A stretch of 64,000 nucleotides of DNA from Candidatus Aminicenantes bacterium (lineage in GTDB: Bacteria > Acidobacteriota > Aminicenantia > Aminicenantales > Aminicenantaceae), in assembly GCA_016783445.1 (NCBI GenBank), contig JADHWO010000004.1, positions 11,212 to 75,211 on the forward strand, written 5' to 3'. A program made the translations under genes and the position numbers. The notes beneath the pieces are model-generated. The model was not told the origin of the DNA and did no database searches. It was given only the letters and a program-made list of their open reading frames with translations. Positions 49,208 through 59,387 of the stretch are shown piece after piece (within the stretch, counting starts at the first letter, position 1; the number at the start of each line of letters is the position of its first letter).

Positions 49208-49426
49208 ATGCCTATTTATGAGTTTATCTGTAAAAAATGTGGGAAGCATTTTGAGAGCCTCGTTTCAATGGGAGGAGAAAATAATGTTTCCTGCGCTTCT
49301 TGCGGGAGCAAAGACATAGAAAAATTACTCTCTTCTTTTGGAATTGGTGGAGGCGGAAGCCGTCTCAGCTCTTCCTCTGAAGCCTGCACGACATGCTCGA
49401 CAAATACGTGCAGCACATGCAAATAA
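49208..49426 (+). CDS. FmdB-family zinc-ribbon protein with Cys/Ser/Thr-rich tail
   Basis: 72 aa; MPIYEFICKKCGKHFE...CASCGS CxxC...CxxC zinc ribbon; extra C-terminal CTTCSTNTCSTCK. Confidence 0.65.
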   Translation: MPIYEFICKKCGKHFESLVSMGGENNVSCASCGSKDIEKLLSSFGIGGGGSRLSSSSEACTTCSTNTCSTCK

Positions 49427-49701
49427 ACTCTAAGTTCGCCCTGCTCGCTTTAACAACGGGATTATAATTCTACATATGGAGGATTCTATTTTCTTCTGAT
49501 CACTTAAATTCATTTAAACAATATATTCTTAATCAAAAAAAATAGAACCTTCCCCATTTTATGCATTTTAATTTGACTCTCCCCTTTTTAATTGTTAATC
49601 TTTTGCCAAAAAATAACGGGAAAAGAACTAATAGAGAGGCCTTCTCAAATTTCTTTTAAATAACAGAAAATTAATCACATCAATCTATACCGGCAAACTT
49701 A

Positions 49702-50550
49702 ATGAAATTAAAAAAAAGACTACCCAAAGATCAAAACTTTGAACAGGTGAGAAAACATTATGAAATAGAAAAGTCTATTGCAGAGAAACTAAAAAAGGCT
49801 ACTAGAGAAGAGAGAAAAAAAATTTTCCCTATTATGTATCATGAGCTCTTTGCCAATGTTCCCGACCATCCTCGGCTTATGGCAAAAAAGGGTGCTGATA
49901 AAATCCAGTCTTCTAATAGACAGAAATTCCAGCTTGTCAAAGAATACCTAAATAATTCAATTGTTTTTGTTGAATTTGGTCCTGGCGATTGCCATTTCGC
50001 CTCCAGTGTTTGTAAATATGTAAAAAAAGCATATGCTGTAGACATTTCTGACCAAAGAGAAAAAAACAGCCATTTCCCATCAAATTTTGAATTGATAATC
50101 TATGATGGATATAACTTAAATATAGAAAGAGGTTCAGTTAATGTTGTGTTTAGTGATCAGTTTATAGAGCATCTTCATCCTGAAGATGTCGAATATCATT
50201 TTTTATTGGTAAAAAGGATTCTTCGCGATGGTGGTCTGTACATATTCAGAACACCCCATGCTTTTTTTGGGCCTCATGATATATCTAAGTACTTCTCAGA
50301 CGAGCCAGAAGGATTCCACCTGAAAGAATGGACTTATTCAGAAATAGGAGAGATAATAAAAAAACTGAATTTTTCTTCCTGGAGTGGATTTTGGCGAATA
50401 AATAGTAAGTTAAATAAGAATTATAAAAAATTCCCTTTTTGTTATTTTAAAACAGCAGAAACAATACTTAAAGGTATGCCAAAAAATTCCAAAAGGTATC
50501 TCTCAAGACTTTTTCTTCCTCTAAAACTGTTCATGATCGCAGTTAAATAA
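49702..50550 (+). CDS. Class I SAM-dependent methyltransferase (putative)
   Basis: 282 aa; VEFGPGDCHF (motif I-like GxGxG) and acidic motif II (AVDISD); otherwise unassigned. Confidence 0.5.
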   Translation: MKLKKRLPKDQNFEQVRKHYEIEKSIAEKLKKATREERKKIFPIMYHELFANVPDHPRLMAKKGADKIQSSNRQKFQLVKEYLNNSIVFVEFGPGDCHFASSVCKYVKKAYAVDISDQREKNSHFPSNFELIIYDGYNLNIERGSVNVVFSDQFIEHLHPEDVEYHFLLVKRILRDGGLYIFRTPHAFFGPHDISKYFSDEPEGFHLKEWTYSEIGEIIKKLNFSSWSGFWRINSKLNKNYKKFPFCYFKTAETILKGMPKNSKRYLSRLFLPLKLFMIAVK

Positions 50551-50810
50551 AATTTATACACTGATGTTTGGAAAAAAAATATGATGTACATATGGGAACT
50601 GTTCTATTTTCCTCTAATTTTTTGAATTCAATTTAACAATATAATTTTAACTAAAAACAATGGAACCGTCCCTAATTTTTATAAATAAAAAACAGAGTTG
50701 TGCCCATTTTTTTGCCACACTGCCATATTCTAACCTTTTGAAGTGTTGAAAGTCTGATCCCGCTGAATTTTCTTGACTTTGTTCTACCCTTGAAGAAAAA
50801 TATATCTTTG

Positions 50811-52811
50811 ATGAAGAATGAAGTGCGGATTGGAGTTGACACAGGGGGAACATTCACTGATTTTACTATCTCCATCAACGGAAAAATCGAAATAAAAAAA
50901 ATCCCTTCCACTCCAAAAAATCCTTCTCTGGCTATTCTTGAAGGTATAGATGAATTCCTGAGAAAAGAACTATCTCCTGTGGTAATTCACGGGACAACCG
51001 TTGCAACAAATTCTCTCCTCGAAAGGAAAGGAGTACGAATTGCCCTGATCACAACCAGGGGCTTCGAGGATATTCTGTTTATCGGGCGCCAGACGAGGCG
51101 AGAACTCTACAGCTTGAGAGGAGAGCGCAGAACACCACTCCTCCCCCGCCGTCTTTGTTTCGGGCTTGAGGAGAGAATCTCAGCATCAGGAAAAATCGAA
51201 ACAAAAATCTCCCTTTCCGAACTCCAAGAAATCCTCGAAAAAATAATAAAATTAAAAACCGAAGCCGTGGCTGTTTCCCTTATCAATTCTTACGCAAATA
51301 ATTCTCACGAAAAAACCATCTCCAGAGAATTAAAAAAGAAAAAAATCCTGGCTTCTGTCTCAAGCGAGATACTCCCGGAACATCGTGAATACGAAAGAAC
51401 AGCCATAACCGCTGTTAATGCTTATCTCATGCCTGTTGTAAGCCAGTATTTAGCGGACCTAGAGAAAAAAATGCAGCATGTTGAACTTCGAATCATGCAG
51501 TCTAATGAAGGATATATCACTCCGGCGAGGGCAAAATCAGAACCTATAAGAACAGCTCTCTCAGGCCCTGCAGGAGGAGTAGTTGGAGCATTTCACCTGG
51601 CAAGAGCGGCTGGATTTCAAAATATCATCTCTTTTGATATGGGAGGGACTTCCTCTGATGTTTCCCTTATAGACGGTAAGATCAGAAGAACAAATGAAAG
51701 TAAAATCGGAGATTTTCCCATCCGAATCCCTATTATCGATATTCACTCGGTCGGGGCTGGAGGTGGCTCCATTGCCTATGTAGACAGAGGTGGCTCTCTC
51801 AGAGTTGGGCCTAAGAGTGCAGGAGCTGAACCAGGGCCGGCTTGTTACGGGCACGGAAACTTCCCGACTGTCACAGATGCCAATCTGGTTTTAGGCCGGC
51901 TGGTCCCGGAGTTTTTCCTTGGTGGCAAAATGAAAATCCTTCCAAAAAGGAGCCATGAGGTCCTGGAGAGGCTTGCTAAAAAAATCAACAAATCTTTTCT
52001 TGAAACAGCTGCAGGTATCATCAAAATTGCCAATGCAAACATGGAAAAAGCCATCCGGGTGATTTCAATTGAAAGGGGTTTTGACCCAAGAAATTTCGCT
52101 CTCTTCTCCTTTGGAGGAGCCGGGGGGATGCACGCAGTTGATATTGCCTCTCACCTTAAAATACCCAGAGTGATTGTTCCTAAAAACGCTGGAGTACTCT
52201 CTTCCCTCGGGCTTCTTATGGCCGATTCTATCAAGGACTATTCTAAATCCATATTGAAGACAGCAGAGAAATTAAAAAAAGAGGAACTCGAAAAGTTTTT
52301 TGTCGAATTAGGAGAAAGAGGCGTCAGAAATATGAAAGAGGAGGGTTTCAGTAAGGAGGAAACTTTTATCTATCCTTTCCTGGACCTCAGGTATCTCGGT
52401 CAATCCTATGAAATAACCATTCCTTACAGGTACACAAAGAGCCCCGGCTTATCCTTTGTATCCGATTTTCATAAGGCTCACAAAAAACTCTATTCTTACC
52501 AGCACGACCAAAGACCTGTAGAGATCGTCAATATTCGGATCAAAGCTGTGGGAAAAAGTAAAAAAATCAGGCTTAAAAAGCTTCCCCTCAAAGGTGCCAA
52601 ACCTGAAAAGGCTTTTCTAAAAAAACAATCCATCTATTACAACGGGAAAAGCTACCAAGCCTCAGTGTTTAATAGATCTCTTCTCTCCCCCGGGAACAAA
52701 ATGAACGGCCCAGCTCTTATCGCAGATATAGAGTCAACAATATTCCTTCCCCCTTCCTGCACATCTAAAGTTGACGGCTTGCTCAATTTGCTTATCCAAA
52801 AGGTGGAGTAA
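50811..52811 (+). CDS. hyuA: Hydantoinase/oxoprolinase family protein, A subunit (HyuA)
   Basis: N-terminal RIGVDTGGTFTDF motif and overall HyuA architecture. Start set at the ATG (MKNEV...) rather than the upstream TTG at 50790. Confidence 0.8.
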   Translation: MKNEVRIGVDTGGTFTDFTISINGKIEIKKIPSTPKNPSLAILEGIDEFLRKELSPVVIHGTTVATNSLLERKGVRIALITTRGFEDILFIGRQTRRELYSLRGERRTPLLPRRLCFGLEERISASGKIETKISLSELQEILEKIIKLKTEAVAVSLINSYANNSHEKTISRELKKKKILASVSSEILPEHREYERTAITAVNAYLMPVVSQYLADLEKKMQHVELRIMQSNEGYITPARAKSEPIRTALSGPAGGVVGAFHLARAAGFQNIISFDMGGTSSDVSLIDGKIRRTNESKIGDFPIRIPIIDIHSVGAGGGSIAYVDRGGSLRVGPKSAGAEPGPACYGHGNFPTVTDANLVLGRLVPEFFLGGKMKILPKRSHEVLERLAKKINKSFLETAAGIIKIANANMEKAIRVISIERGFDPRNFALFSFGGAGGMHAVDIASHLKIPRVIVPKNAGVLSSLGLLMADSIKDYSKSILKTAEKLKKEELEKFFVELGERGVRNMKEEGFSKEETFIYPFLDLRYLGQSYEITIPYRYTKSPGLSFVSDFHKAHKKLYSYQHDQRPVEIVNIRIKAVGKSKKIRLKKLPLKGAKPEKAFLKKQSIYYNGKSYQASVFNRSLLSPGNKMNGPALIADIESTIFLPPSCTSKVDGLLNLLIQKVE

Positions 52812-52815
52812 CTAT

Positions 52816-54390
52816 ATGGTAAACATGGTTAAATTCGACCCTATCGAGCTTGAACTGTTTAAGAACATCTTTATTTCTATATCTGAGGAAATGGGCGCTG
52901 TCCTTGGGCGAACCTCCCTCTCTCCTAACATTAAAGAGAGAAAAGACTTCTCCTGTGCTCTTTTTAATAAAAAAGGAGAGACATTCGCCCAGGGTTCTCA
53001 TATCCCAGTCCATTTAGGAGCTATGCCTCTCTCTGTTCAAGCATCCCTCAAAACAGTCCATTTTGAAGAGGGCGACTTGGTGATTCTCAATGATCCTTAT
53101 AAAGGAGGAACCCACCTCCCCGATATAACCTGTATTTCTCCTGTTTTTATCGAAAAAAACCTGAGCTTTTTTGTAGCAAACCGTGCCCATCACTCTGACG
53201 TAGGAGGAAAAACTCCCGGCTCCATGCCGCTCGCTACAGAAATCTATCAAGAAGGATTGATTATCCCCCCCTTAAAACTGATACAAAAAGGTTTATTAAA
53301 CTCTGATATTTTCAATCTGATTCTCGCTAATGTCAGAACTCCAGAAGAACGAAAAGGAGACCTCCTGGCCCAGATAGCTGCCAATGAAAAAGGAAAACAA
53401 AGGTTAGAAGAAATAATAAAAAAATATGGTTTAAAAAAACTCCTTCGTTACACCTATCTCATCCAGCTCTACACGGAAAAGATTTTAAGAAAAACCATAA
53501 AAGACATTCCTAACGGCACTTATGTTTTCACTGACTATATGGATGACGACGGGATCAAGGAGAAACCCATAAAAATTGGCGTAAAACTGACAATAAGAAA
53601 TGACGAGGCCCTGATTGATTTCAGCTCATCATCACCTCAAGTTGAAGGTAATGTCAATGCTAATTTTGCGGTAACTTATTCCGCAGTACTCTACGTTTTC
53701 CGCTGCCTCGTAGAGGAAGACATTCCATTTAATACAGGCTTGATGAGGCCGCTAAAAATCAAAGCTCCTGAAGGTTCAATTCTTAATGCTTTGCATCCGG
53801 CAGCAACTGCAGGAGGGAATGTAGAGACATCCCAGAGAATCGTTGACGTTCTTCTTGGGGCTCTCTCCAAGGCGATACCTGATAATATTCCAGCTGCAAG
53901 CTCAGGTACTATGAATAATATCGCCTTTGGCGGTTATGACCCATCAAGAAAAAGAAACTTTGCCTATTATGAGACCATTGGAGGAGGCATGGGCGGAAGC
54001 TCTGATTTCCCAGGTCTCAGTGGAGTCCACACTCACATGACTAATTCTCTCAACACTCCCTTGGAAGCTCTTGAGAATTACTTCCCTCTGAAAATTAAAA
54101 AATACTGCCTTCGGCAGGGCTCTGGCGGTAAAGGACAGAATACTGGAGGGGATGGGATCATACGCGAATATGAATTTGCTGTTCCCGTTCAATTGACTAT
54201 CATCTCTGAAAGGCGGAAATTTGCCCCTTATGGAGCTCAGGGAGGAAAAGATGGGAAAAAGGGAAAGAACATCCTTTTCTCTAAAGGTAAAAAAATACAC
54301 CTGAAATCCAAGGTCAACAGAAAGGTCCAACCCGGAGATGTGCTGCGCATAGAAACTCCCGGGGGCGGAGGTTATGGCAGTAAAAAATAA
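52816..54390 (+). CDS. hyuB: Hydantoinase B/oxoprolinase family protein (HyuB)
   Basis: Start at MVNMVKF preceded by GGTGGAG. Hydantoinase_B-type motifs (DPYKGGTHLPD, ...GGMGG...); a few nt downstream of the hyuA stop. Confidence 0.8.
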   Translation: MVNMVKFDPIELELFKNIFISISEEMGAVLGRTSLSPNIKERKDFSCALFNKKGETFAQGSHIPVHLGAMPLSVQASLKTVHFEEGDLVILNDPYKGGTHLPDITCISPVFIEKNLSFFVANRAHHSDVGGKTPGSMPLATEIYQEGLIIPPLKLIQKGLLNSDIFNLILANVRTPEERKGDLLAQIAANEKGKQRLEEIIKKYGLKKLLRYTYLIQLYTEKILRKTIKDIPNGTYVFTDYMDDDGIKEKPIKIGVKLTIRNDEALIDFSSSSPQVEGNVNANFAVTYSAVLYVFRCLVEEDIPFNTGLMRPLKIKAPEGSILNALHPAATAGGNVETSQRIVDVLLGALSKAIPDNIPAASSGTMNNIAFGGYDPSRKRNFAYYETIGGGMGGSSDFPGLSGVHTHMTNSLNTPLEALENYFPLKIKKYCLRQGSGGKGQNTGGDGIIREYEFAVPVQLTIISERRKFAPYGAQGGKDGKKGKNILFSKGKKIHLKSKVNRKVQPGDVLRIETPGGGGYGSKK

Positions 54391-55582
54391 AAAATCTACT
54401 TTTGGTCCAGGCTTTCTGGTAACGGCAGCTTTTATCGGACCCGGGACTGTGACTTCCTGCTCCATGGCAGGTGCACAGTTTGGCTATGCACTGATTTTTA
54501 CTCTGGTCTTTGCCACACTAACCACTCTTATTCTCCAGGGAATGACAGGAAGACTCAGTCTGGGCTCTGGTCGTGACCTTGCTCAATCTTTAAGAGAATT
54601 CCCTCAAAATCGCCTGACAAGAGGTTTGTTTGTTTTCCTCACCCTTTCCTCTATTACATTTGGCTGCGCCGCTTATGAAGCCGGAAATATCATTGGAGGC
54701 TCAATCGGTCTTGAAATGATCACCTCAATTCCCCAAAAACTCTGGGTTGTTTTAATATCCTTAATAGCTATTTTTTTTATGAGCCTGGGTAAATACAGAT
54801 TAGTGGAGAAGTTTTTAATATTTCTGGTTTTCCTGATGAGTTTCTCTTTCCTAACGACTCTTGTGATAATTAAACCAAATTTGCTCTTTATTTTTAAGGG
54901 GATGATTCCTTCTTTTCCAAAAAATTCACTCTATCTCATCCTTGCTCTTGTTGGAACCACTGTTGTGCCTTATAACCTATTTCTCCACTCCTCAGCTGTT
55001 AAGGAAAAATGGCGCTCCCCAGCTCATCTTAAAGATGTTAAAAAAGACCTGCTTCTCTCTATCTCATTAGGAGGAATCATTTCAGCCTCAATTGTAATAA
55101 CTTCAGCTGTTGCTTTTTATGAGAAAGGGATTGTCCTGGAAAACGGGATGCAGCTGGCTCAACAGCTCAAACCTCTTTTCGGTTCCTTCACCAATTTCCT
55201 CTTTGGCCTTGGTTTTTTTGCCGCAGGCTTGAGTTCAGCCCTGACTGCTCCGTATGCGGCTGCATTCGCCTCCTCAGGTGTTCTTGGCTGGAAAGGAGGT
55301 TTTCGTTCTAAAGGATTTAGAGGGGTCTGGTTAGGGGTAATCCTGATAGGTTTTGTCGTATCCTGTTTTAATCTTAAACCTATTGTTGTTATTATATCTG
55401 CCCAGGTTGCTAATGGGCTGGTTCTGCCGCTTGCCACTGTATTTCTGCTTATTGTGCTAAATAACCGTCAAAAAATGGGAAAATGGGTCAACAACATCAA
55501 ACAGAACATACTGGGAAGCTTGATCATCCTTATCGTCACCTGCCTTGGCCTGTGGAATATTATTAAGCTCTTCTTAAAGTAA
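54374..55582 (+). CDS. NRAMP-family transporter (MntH-like divalent-metal/H+ symporter fold)
   Basis: 402 aa; N-terminal GPGFLVTAAFIGPGTV and about 11 TM helices typical of NRAMP; overlaps hyuB stop by 17 nt (translational coupling). Confidence 0.7.
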   Translation: MAVKNKKSTFGPGFLVTAAFIGPGTVTSCSMAGAQFGYALIFTLVFATLTTLILQGMTGRLSLGSGRDLAQSLREFPQNRLTRGLFVFLTLSSITFGCAAYEAGNIIGGSIGLEMITSIPQKLWVVLISLIAIFFMSLGKYRLVEKFLIFLVFLMSFSFLTTLVIIKPNLLFIFKGMIPSFPKNSLYLILALVGTTVVPYNLFLHSSAVKEKWRSPAHLKDVKKDLLLSISLGGIISASIVITSAVAFYEKGIVLENGMQLAQQLKPLFGSFTNFLFGLGFFAAGLSSALTAPYAAAFASSGVLGWKGGFRSKGFRGVWLGVILIGFVVSCFNLKPIVVIISAQVANGLVLPLATVFLLIVLNNRQKMGKWVNNIKQNILGSLIILIVTCLGLWNIIKLFLK

Positions 55583-55592
55583 GGGAAAAAAT

Positions 55593-56234
55593 CTACTCTA
55601 TTACAACAAATGTAATTCGGCGGTTCATCGCACGATTCTCAGGAGTGTCGTTCTCAACAAGAGGTTTTGACTCACCATAGGAAAAAGTACTCATGTGGTG
55701 AAGAGATACTCCGTGCTGCGTGTAGAGATAGTTCCTGACTGACTCCGCACGGACCTGGCCTAGCCATAAGTTATACTCCTCTGTCCCGATGCTATCTGTA
55801 TGCCCTTGTATCTCAATATGGACATTCTTGTTTTGTGCTTTTATGCGCGCTGCAAAATTGCTGAGAACAATTTTGTCCTCATCAGTAAGATCACCTTTAT
55901 CAAAGTCAAACTGTACTGAATCATCCGAGAACGTCACTTCAAAAAGAAATTTGCCTGTGGCTAACTTACCTACCTCTTCGGCCTGATCAAACGCTTCCAT
56001 AGCACGTGCAACTGCCTCCTGATTCGTCTCTGAAAGCTTCTGTTGCTGCTGGGTTTGCTGTTCAGTAGTCTTTTTTAACGTTTCGATTTCCGTTTTGTTC
56101 GCCTCAGCTTGCGCCTTGACAGGATCCATAACTTGAGAAATCTGTTCCTGGACAAAACCTTTAGTGGCACATCCGCTTAACCCAATCAAAAAAATCACCG
56201 CCAAAGCTACCAAAGCATAAAAAGTTTTTTTCAT
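55593..56234 (-). CDS. OmpA/MotB-domain peptidoglycan-associated lipoprotein with coiled-coil linker
   Basis: Start at MKKTFY (GGGAGGAA upstream); lipobox LIGLSGC; Q-rich coiled coil. C-terminal OmpA-like domain (GHTDSIGTEEYNLWLGQVRAESVRNYL..., NRRITFVV). Confidence 0.75.
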   Translation of the reverse strand: MKKTFYALVALAVIFLIGLSGCATKGFVQEQISQVMDPVKAQAEANKTEIETLKKTTEQQTQQQQKLSETNQEAVARAMEAFDQAEEVGKLATGKFLFEVTFSDDSVQFDFDKGDLTDEDKIVLSNFAARIKAQNKNVHIEIQGHTDSIGTEEYNLWLGQVRAESVRNYLYTQHGVSLHHMSTFSYGESKPLVENDTPENRAMNRRITFVVIE

Positions 56235-56311
56235 AAGAGTTCCTCCCTTGTTTTTAGCTTTTTTGTGGCAATATTTTCTCATTTATAAGGCAAAATGTAA
56301 AGCAAGTTGTT

Positions 56312-57022
56312 TTATATCTTATTATTGTCTCCTTTAAGAGCATATTCCACGGCGAATCTGGCATGAATCCTTGTTGTATCAAAAAGAGGGACTTCACAGT
56401 CTTCCTGGCTTATCAATAAGGGTATTTCTGTGCATCCTAAAATGACTCCCTCTGCCCCGCTGGCAGCAAGGTTCTTTATAATTCTTATAAACTTTTCCTT
56501 TGATTGGCTTTTTATCTCCCCCAAACAAAGCTCGCTATATAGTATATTGTGAATGAGTTGTCTTTCTTCTTCATTTGGGATAATAACTTTTAAGCCAAAC
56601 TTTTCGCTCAATCTGCCCTTATAAAAATCCTCCTCCATGGTAAATTTAGTGCCCAGCAGGCCCAATTTTTTTAGCCCTTGTTTCTTTATCTCTTCTGCAG
56701 TTGCATCCGCAATATGCAGCAAAGGGATTTTTATACTCTTCTGGACCTCATCTGCCATCTTATGCATTGTATTAGTGCAGATAATGATAAGATCTGCCCC
56801 TCCTTTTTCTACTCTTTGAGCAGCATTTATCATGAGTTCGGTTGCTTTATCCCATTTTCCTTGATGCTGTAATATTTCAATTTCTTCAAAATCAACAGAA
56901 TACATAAGACTCTTAGCAGAATGGAATCTGCCCAGCTTTTCTTTCACAGTCTCATTAATGATTCGGTAGTATTCAAGAGATGACTCCCAGCTCATGCCTC
57001 CAATTAGACCGATAACTTTCAT
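56312..57022 (-). CDS. Asp/Glu/hydantoin racemase-family protein (EutA-like)
   Basis: 236 aa; two-Cys racemase family layout (…IICTNTMH… and …ILGCTEIP…). Confidence 0.7.
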   Translation of the reverse strand: MKVIGLIGGMSWESSLEYYRIINETVKEKLGRFHSAKSLMYSVDFEEIEILQHQGKWDKATELMINAAQRVEKGGADLIIICTNTMHKMADEVQKSIKIPLLHIADATAEEIKKQGLKKLGLLGTKFTMEEDFYKGRLSEKFGLKVIIPNEEERQLIHNILYSELCLGEIKSQSKEKFIRIIKNLAASGAEGVILGCTEIPLLISQEDCEVPLFDTTRIHARFAVEYALKGDNNKI

Positions 57023-57195
57023 TCTCTCTCTCCATTAATTTTGATTATTTTAATAACAATTAAAATAGCAGAATTTAATAATAATTTCTATCTGAAAAAA
57101 GTGACAGGAATTTTTCTTCCCGGGCTAATCCTTTCCAGTCATTATATTCAAAAGCGGTGGATTTGATGAATCAAGCCCCTACAGATTTAAAACCA

Positions 57196-57283
57196 ACAAA
57201 ATATGGGGCCTGCTCCCTTTTTCTGTCCCCTTTTTCTTTCATGAAAAAAGCGATACAAAATATGGGGCCTGCCCCCTTTTTTC
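57196..57283 (+). repeat. Two direct copies (28 bp each, 59 bp apart) of ACAAAATATGGGGCCTGC(T/C)CCCTTTTT(C/T), each a short GC hairpin plus T-run, in the leader of the threonine-dehydratase-like gene
   Basis: 57196-57223 and 57255-57283 are near-identical; each has GGGG(C)CTG(C)CCCC followed by five or more T. Confidence 0.6.
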
Positions 57284-57389
57284 TATTTTTTTTTCAAAAG
57301 GGCTTGATAAGAATTGCGAATCTTGTAATACTTTTCCTGGATGAAGCACGATAAACAATTCTAATCACAACCGGTAAAACTATAAACTA

Positions 57390-58382
57390 ATGAACAGTAA
57401 AGTCCAAACAAAGAGTTTAGACATAAAAAAAGAGGCTTTAGAAGCGGAAAATAGAATAAGGAAACATATCAGAGAAACTCCTGTTGAATACTCCCCCTAT
57501 CTCAGTAAAGCAGGAAACTGCAAGGTAAATCTCAAGCTTGAAAACATACAGTTCTCCGGTTCTTTCAAGTTTCGAGGCGCCATGAACAAACTCCTCTCCT
57601 TATCAAAAAAGGAGAAGGAGAAAGATGCCATCACAGCTTCATCCGGAAACCACGGCGCAGCGTTTGCTTATGCTTGTAATAAACTAGGATTAAAGGGGAC
57701 GATTTATTTACCTGAAATTGCTACTCAGACAAAAATTGAAGCTCTTCGCTCTTACGACGCAGACTTAAAACTCTACGGGCAAGACTGTATCCAGACAGAA
57801 GTTTATGCCAGAAAAACAGCAAAAAATAACAATCTTGTATACATCCCTCCTTACAATGACATAAAGATAATCGGTGGTCAGGCCACAATCGGTATCGAAT
57901 TACAAAGGCAAATAAAAAAAATAGATGCCGTGTTCGTGGGAGTTGGTGGAGGAGGGCTAATCTCTGGAATCGCCGGATATTTAAAATCCATAAACACAAA
58001 TATCAAAATAATCGGCTGCCAGCCAAAAAACTCCGCGGTTATGTATGAATCCATCAAAGCCGGGAAAATTGTAGAAATGGAGTCAAAACCCACAATCTCT
58101 GACGGTTCTGCTGGTGGAATCGAACAGGGCTCCATCACTTTAGATATATGCAAAAACCTTGTTGACGAATTTATTTTAGTTACAGAGGAAGAAATCAAAG
58201 AAGCTATTAGACTTCTAGTGGAAAAACACTCCATGCTCATTGAGGGTGCAGGCGCCCTTTCTGTTGCATCTTTTATCAAGGTTAAAAAAAGATTTAAAAA
58301 TAAAAATGTCGTTTTAATCATAAGCGGAGCAAAAATAAGCATGGACCAGCTGAAAGAAGTCTTCTGCCAAGGATATAACTAA
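57390..58382 (+). CDS. PLP-dependent threonine/serine dehydratase-family enzyme (EutB-like)
   Basis: 330 aa; PLP-lysine motif SGSFKFRGA, GNHG, and the glycine-rich GVGGGGLISG loop of fold-type II PLP enzymes. Confidence 0.8.
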   Translation: MNSKVQTKSLDIKKEALEAENRIRKHIRETPVEYSPYLSKAGNCKVNLKLENIQFSGSFKFRGAMNKLLSLSKKEKEKDAITASSGNHGAAFAYACNKLGLKGTIYLPEIATQTKIEALRSYDADLKLYGQDCIQTEVYARKTAKNNNLVYIPPYNDIKIIGGQATIGIELQRQIKKIDAVFVGVGGGGLISGIAGYLKSINTNIKIIGCQPKNSAVMYESIKAGKIVEMESKPTISDGSAGGIEQGSITLDICKNLVDEFILVTEEEIKEAIRLLVEKHSMLIEGAGALSVASFIKVKKRFKNKNVVLIISGAKISMDQLKEVFCQGYN

Positions 58383-58383
58383 A

Positions 58384-59343
58384 ATGACAAAGATATTTAA
58401 CCTGAGCCAGATCAAGGAAGCCTTAAAAAACATCGATCCTATTCAAGCCATTGAAAAGGGATTTATCGCTTACTCTCAAGGAAAAGTGGTTGTGCCCCCG
58501 GTTGGAGAGATGATTTTTAAACACCCTCCCGGAGACGTTCACATAAAATATGGCTATATAATCGGCGATGAATATTATGTTATTAAAATCGCTTCAGGCT
58601 TTTATGAAAATATTAAGTCAAACCTTCTAACTTCCTCTGGATTAATGTTGGTCTTCAAACAGAAAACAGGAGAGGTAGCCTGTATCCTTCTTGATGAGGG
58701 ATATCTCACCAATGTGCGAACAGCAGCAGCGGGAGCAGTTGTTGCCAAATATTTGGCCCCAAAAGTTGTTCACAAAATCGGCATTATAGGTGCGGGTGCT
58801 CAAGGCAGGATGCAGCTTGAAAGCTTAAAATCAATTATCAATTGTAACGATGTTTTTGTGTGGGGAATAAACCGTCAGGAATTAGACGCCTACAAAGAAG
58901 AAATGGAACCGCAAGGGTATAATATACAAACCACACTGGAGGCCGAAAATATTGCCGCAGCCTGCAACCTTATCGTTATGGCAACACCATCAAAGTCTCC
59001 GCTTCTGATGGCTGATAAAATTCGGGAAGGAACACATATTACCGCTATGGGTTCTGACACGCCTGAAAAAAATGAATTAGATCCTGAAATCCTTCAAAAA
59101 GCGGATATTGTTGTTGCTGACAGCATCAGCCAGTGCCTATCCCGTGGAGAAATCTTTCAGGCAATAAAAGCGGTTAAAATCAAAAAAGAAAACCTTGTCG
59201 AGCTAGGAAATGTCATTATTGATAAAAAACTTCAAAGATCCTCTGATGAACAGATAACAATTGCAGATTTAACAGGTGTTGCCGTCCAGGATATTCAGAT
59301 TGCAAAGGCTGTGTATGAAGCTCTGCTTGGCAAGAAGATATAA
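58384..59343 (+). CDS. Ornithine cyclodeaminase / mu-crystallin family protein (EutC-like), second OCD homolog in the window
   Basis: 319 aa; OCD-family Rossmann segment IGIIGAGAQGR; starts 2 nt after the dehydratase stop. Confidence 0.75.
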   Translation: MTKIFNLSQIKEALKNIDPIQAIEKGFIAYSQGKVVVPPVGEMIFKHPPGDVHIKYGYIIGDEYYVIKIASGFYENIKSNLLTSSGLMLVFKQKTGEVACILLDEGYLTNVRTAAAGAVVAKYLAPKVVHKIGIIGAGAQGRMQLESLKSIINCNDVFVWGINRQELDAYKEEMEPQGYNIQTTLEAENIAAACNLIVMATPSKSPLLMADKIREGTHITAMGSDTPEKNELDPEILQKADIVVADSISQCLSRGEIFQAIKAVKIKKENLVELGNVIIDKKLQRSSDEQITIADLTGVAVQDIQIAKAVYEALLGKKI

Positions 59344-59387
59344 AAAAATAAGATAAGAGCAAAGAACGGCTATAAGGAGAGGTCATT

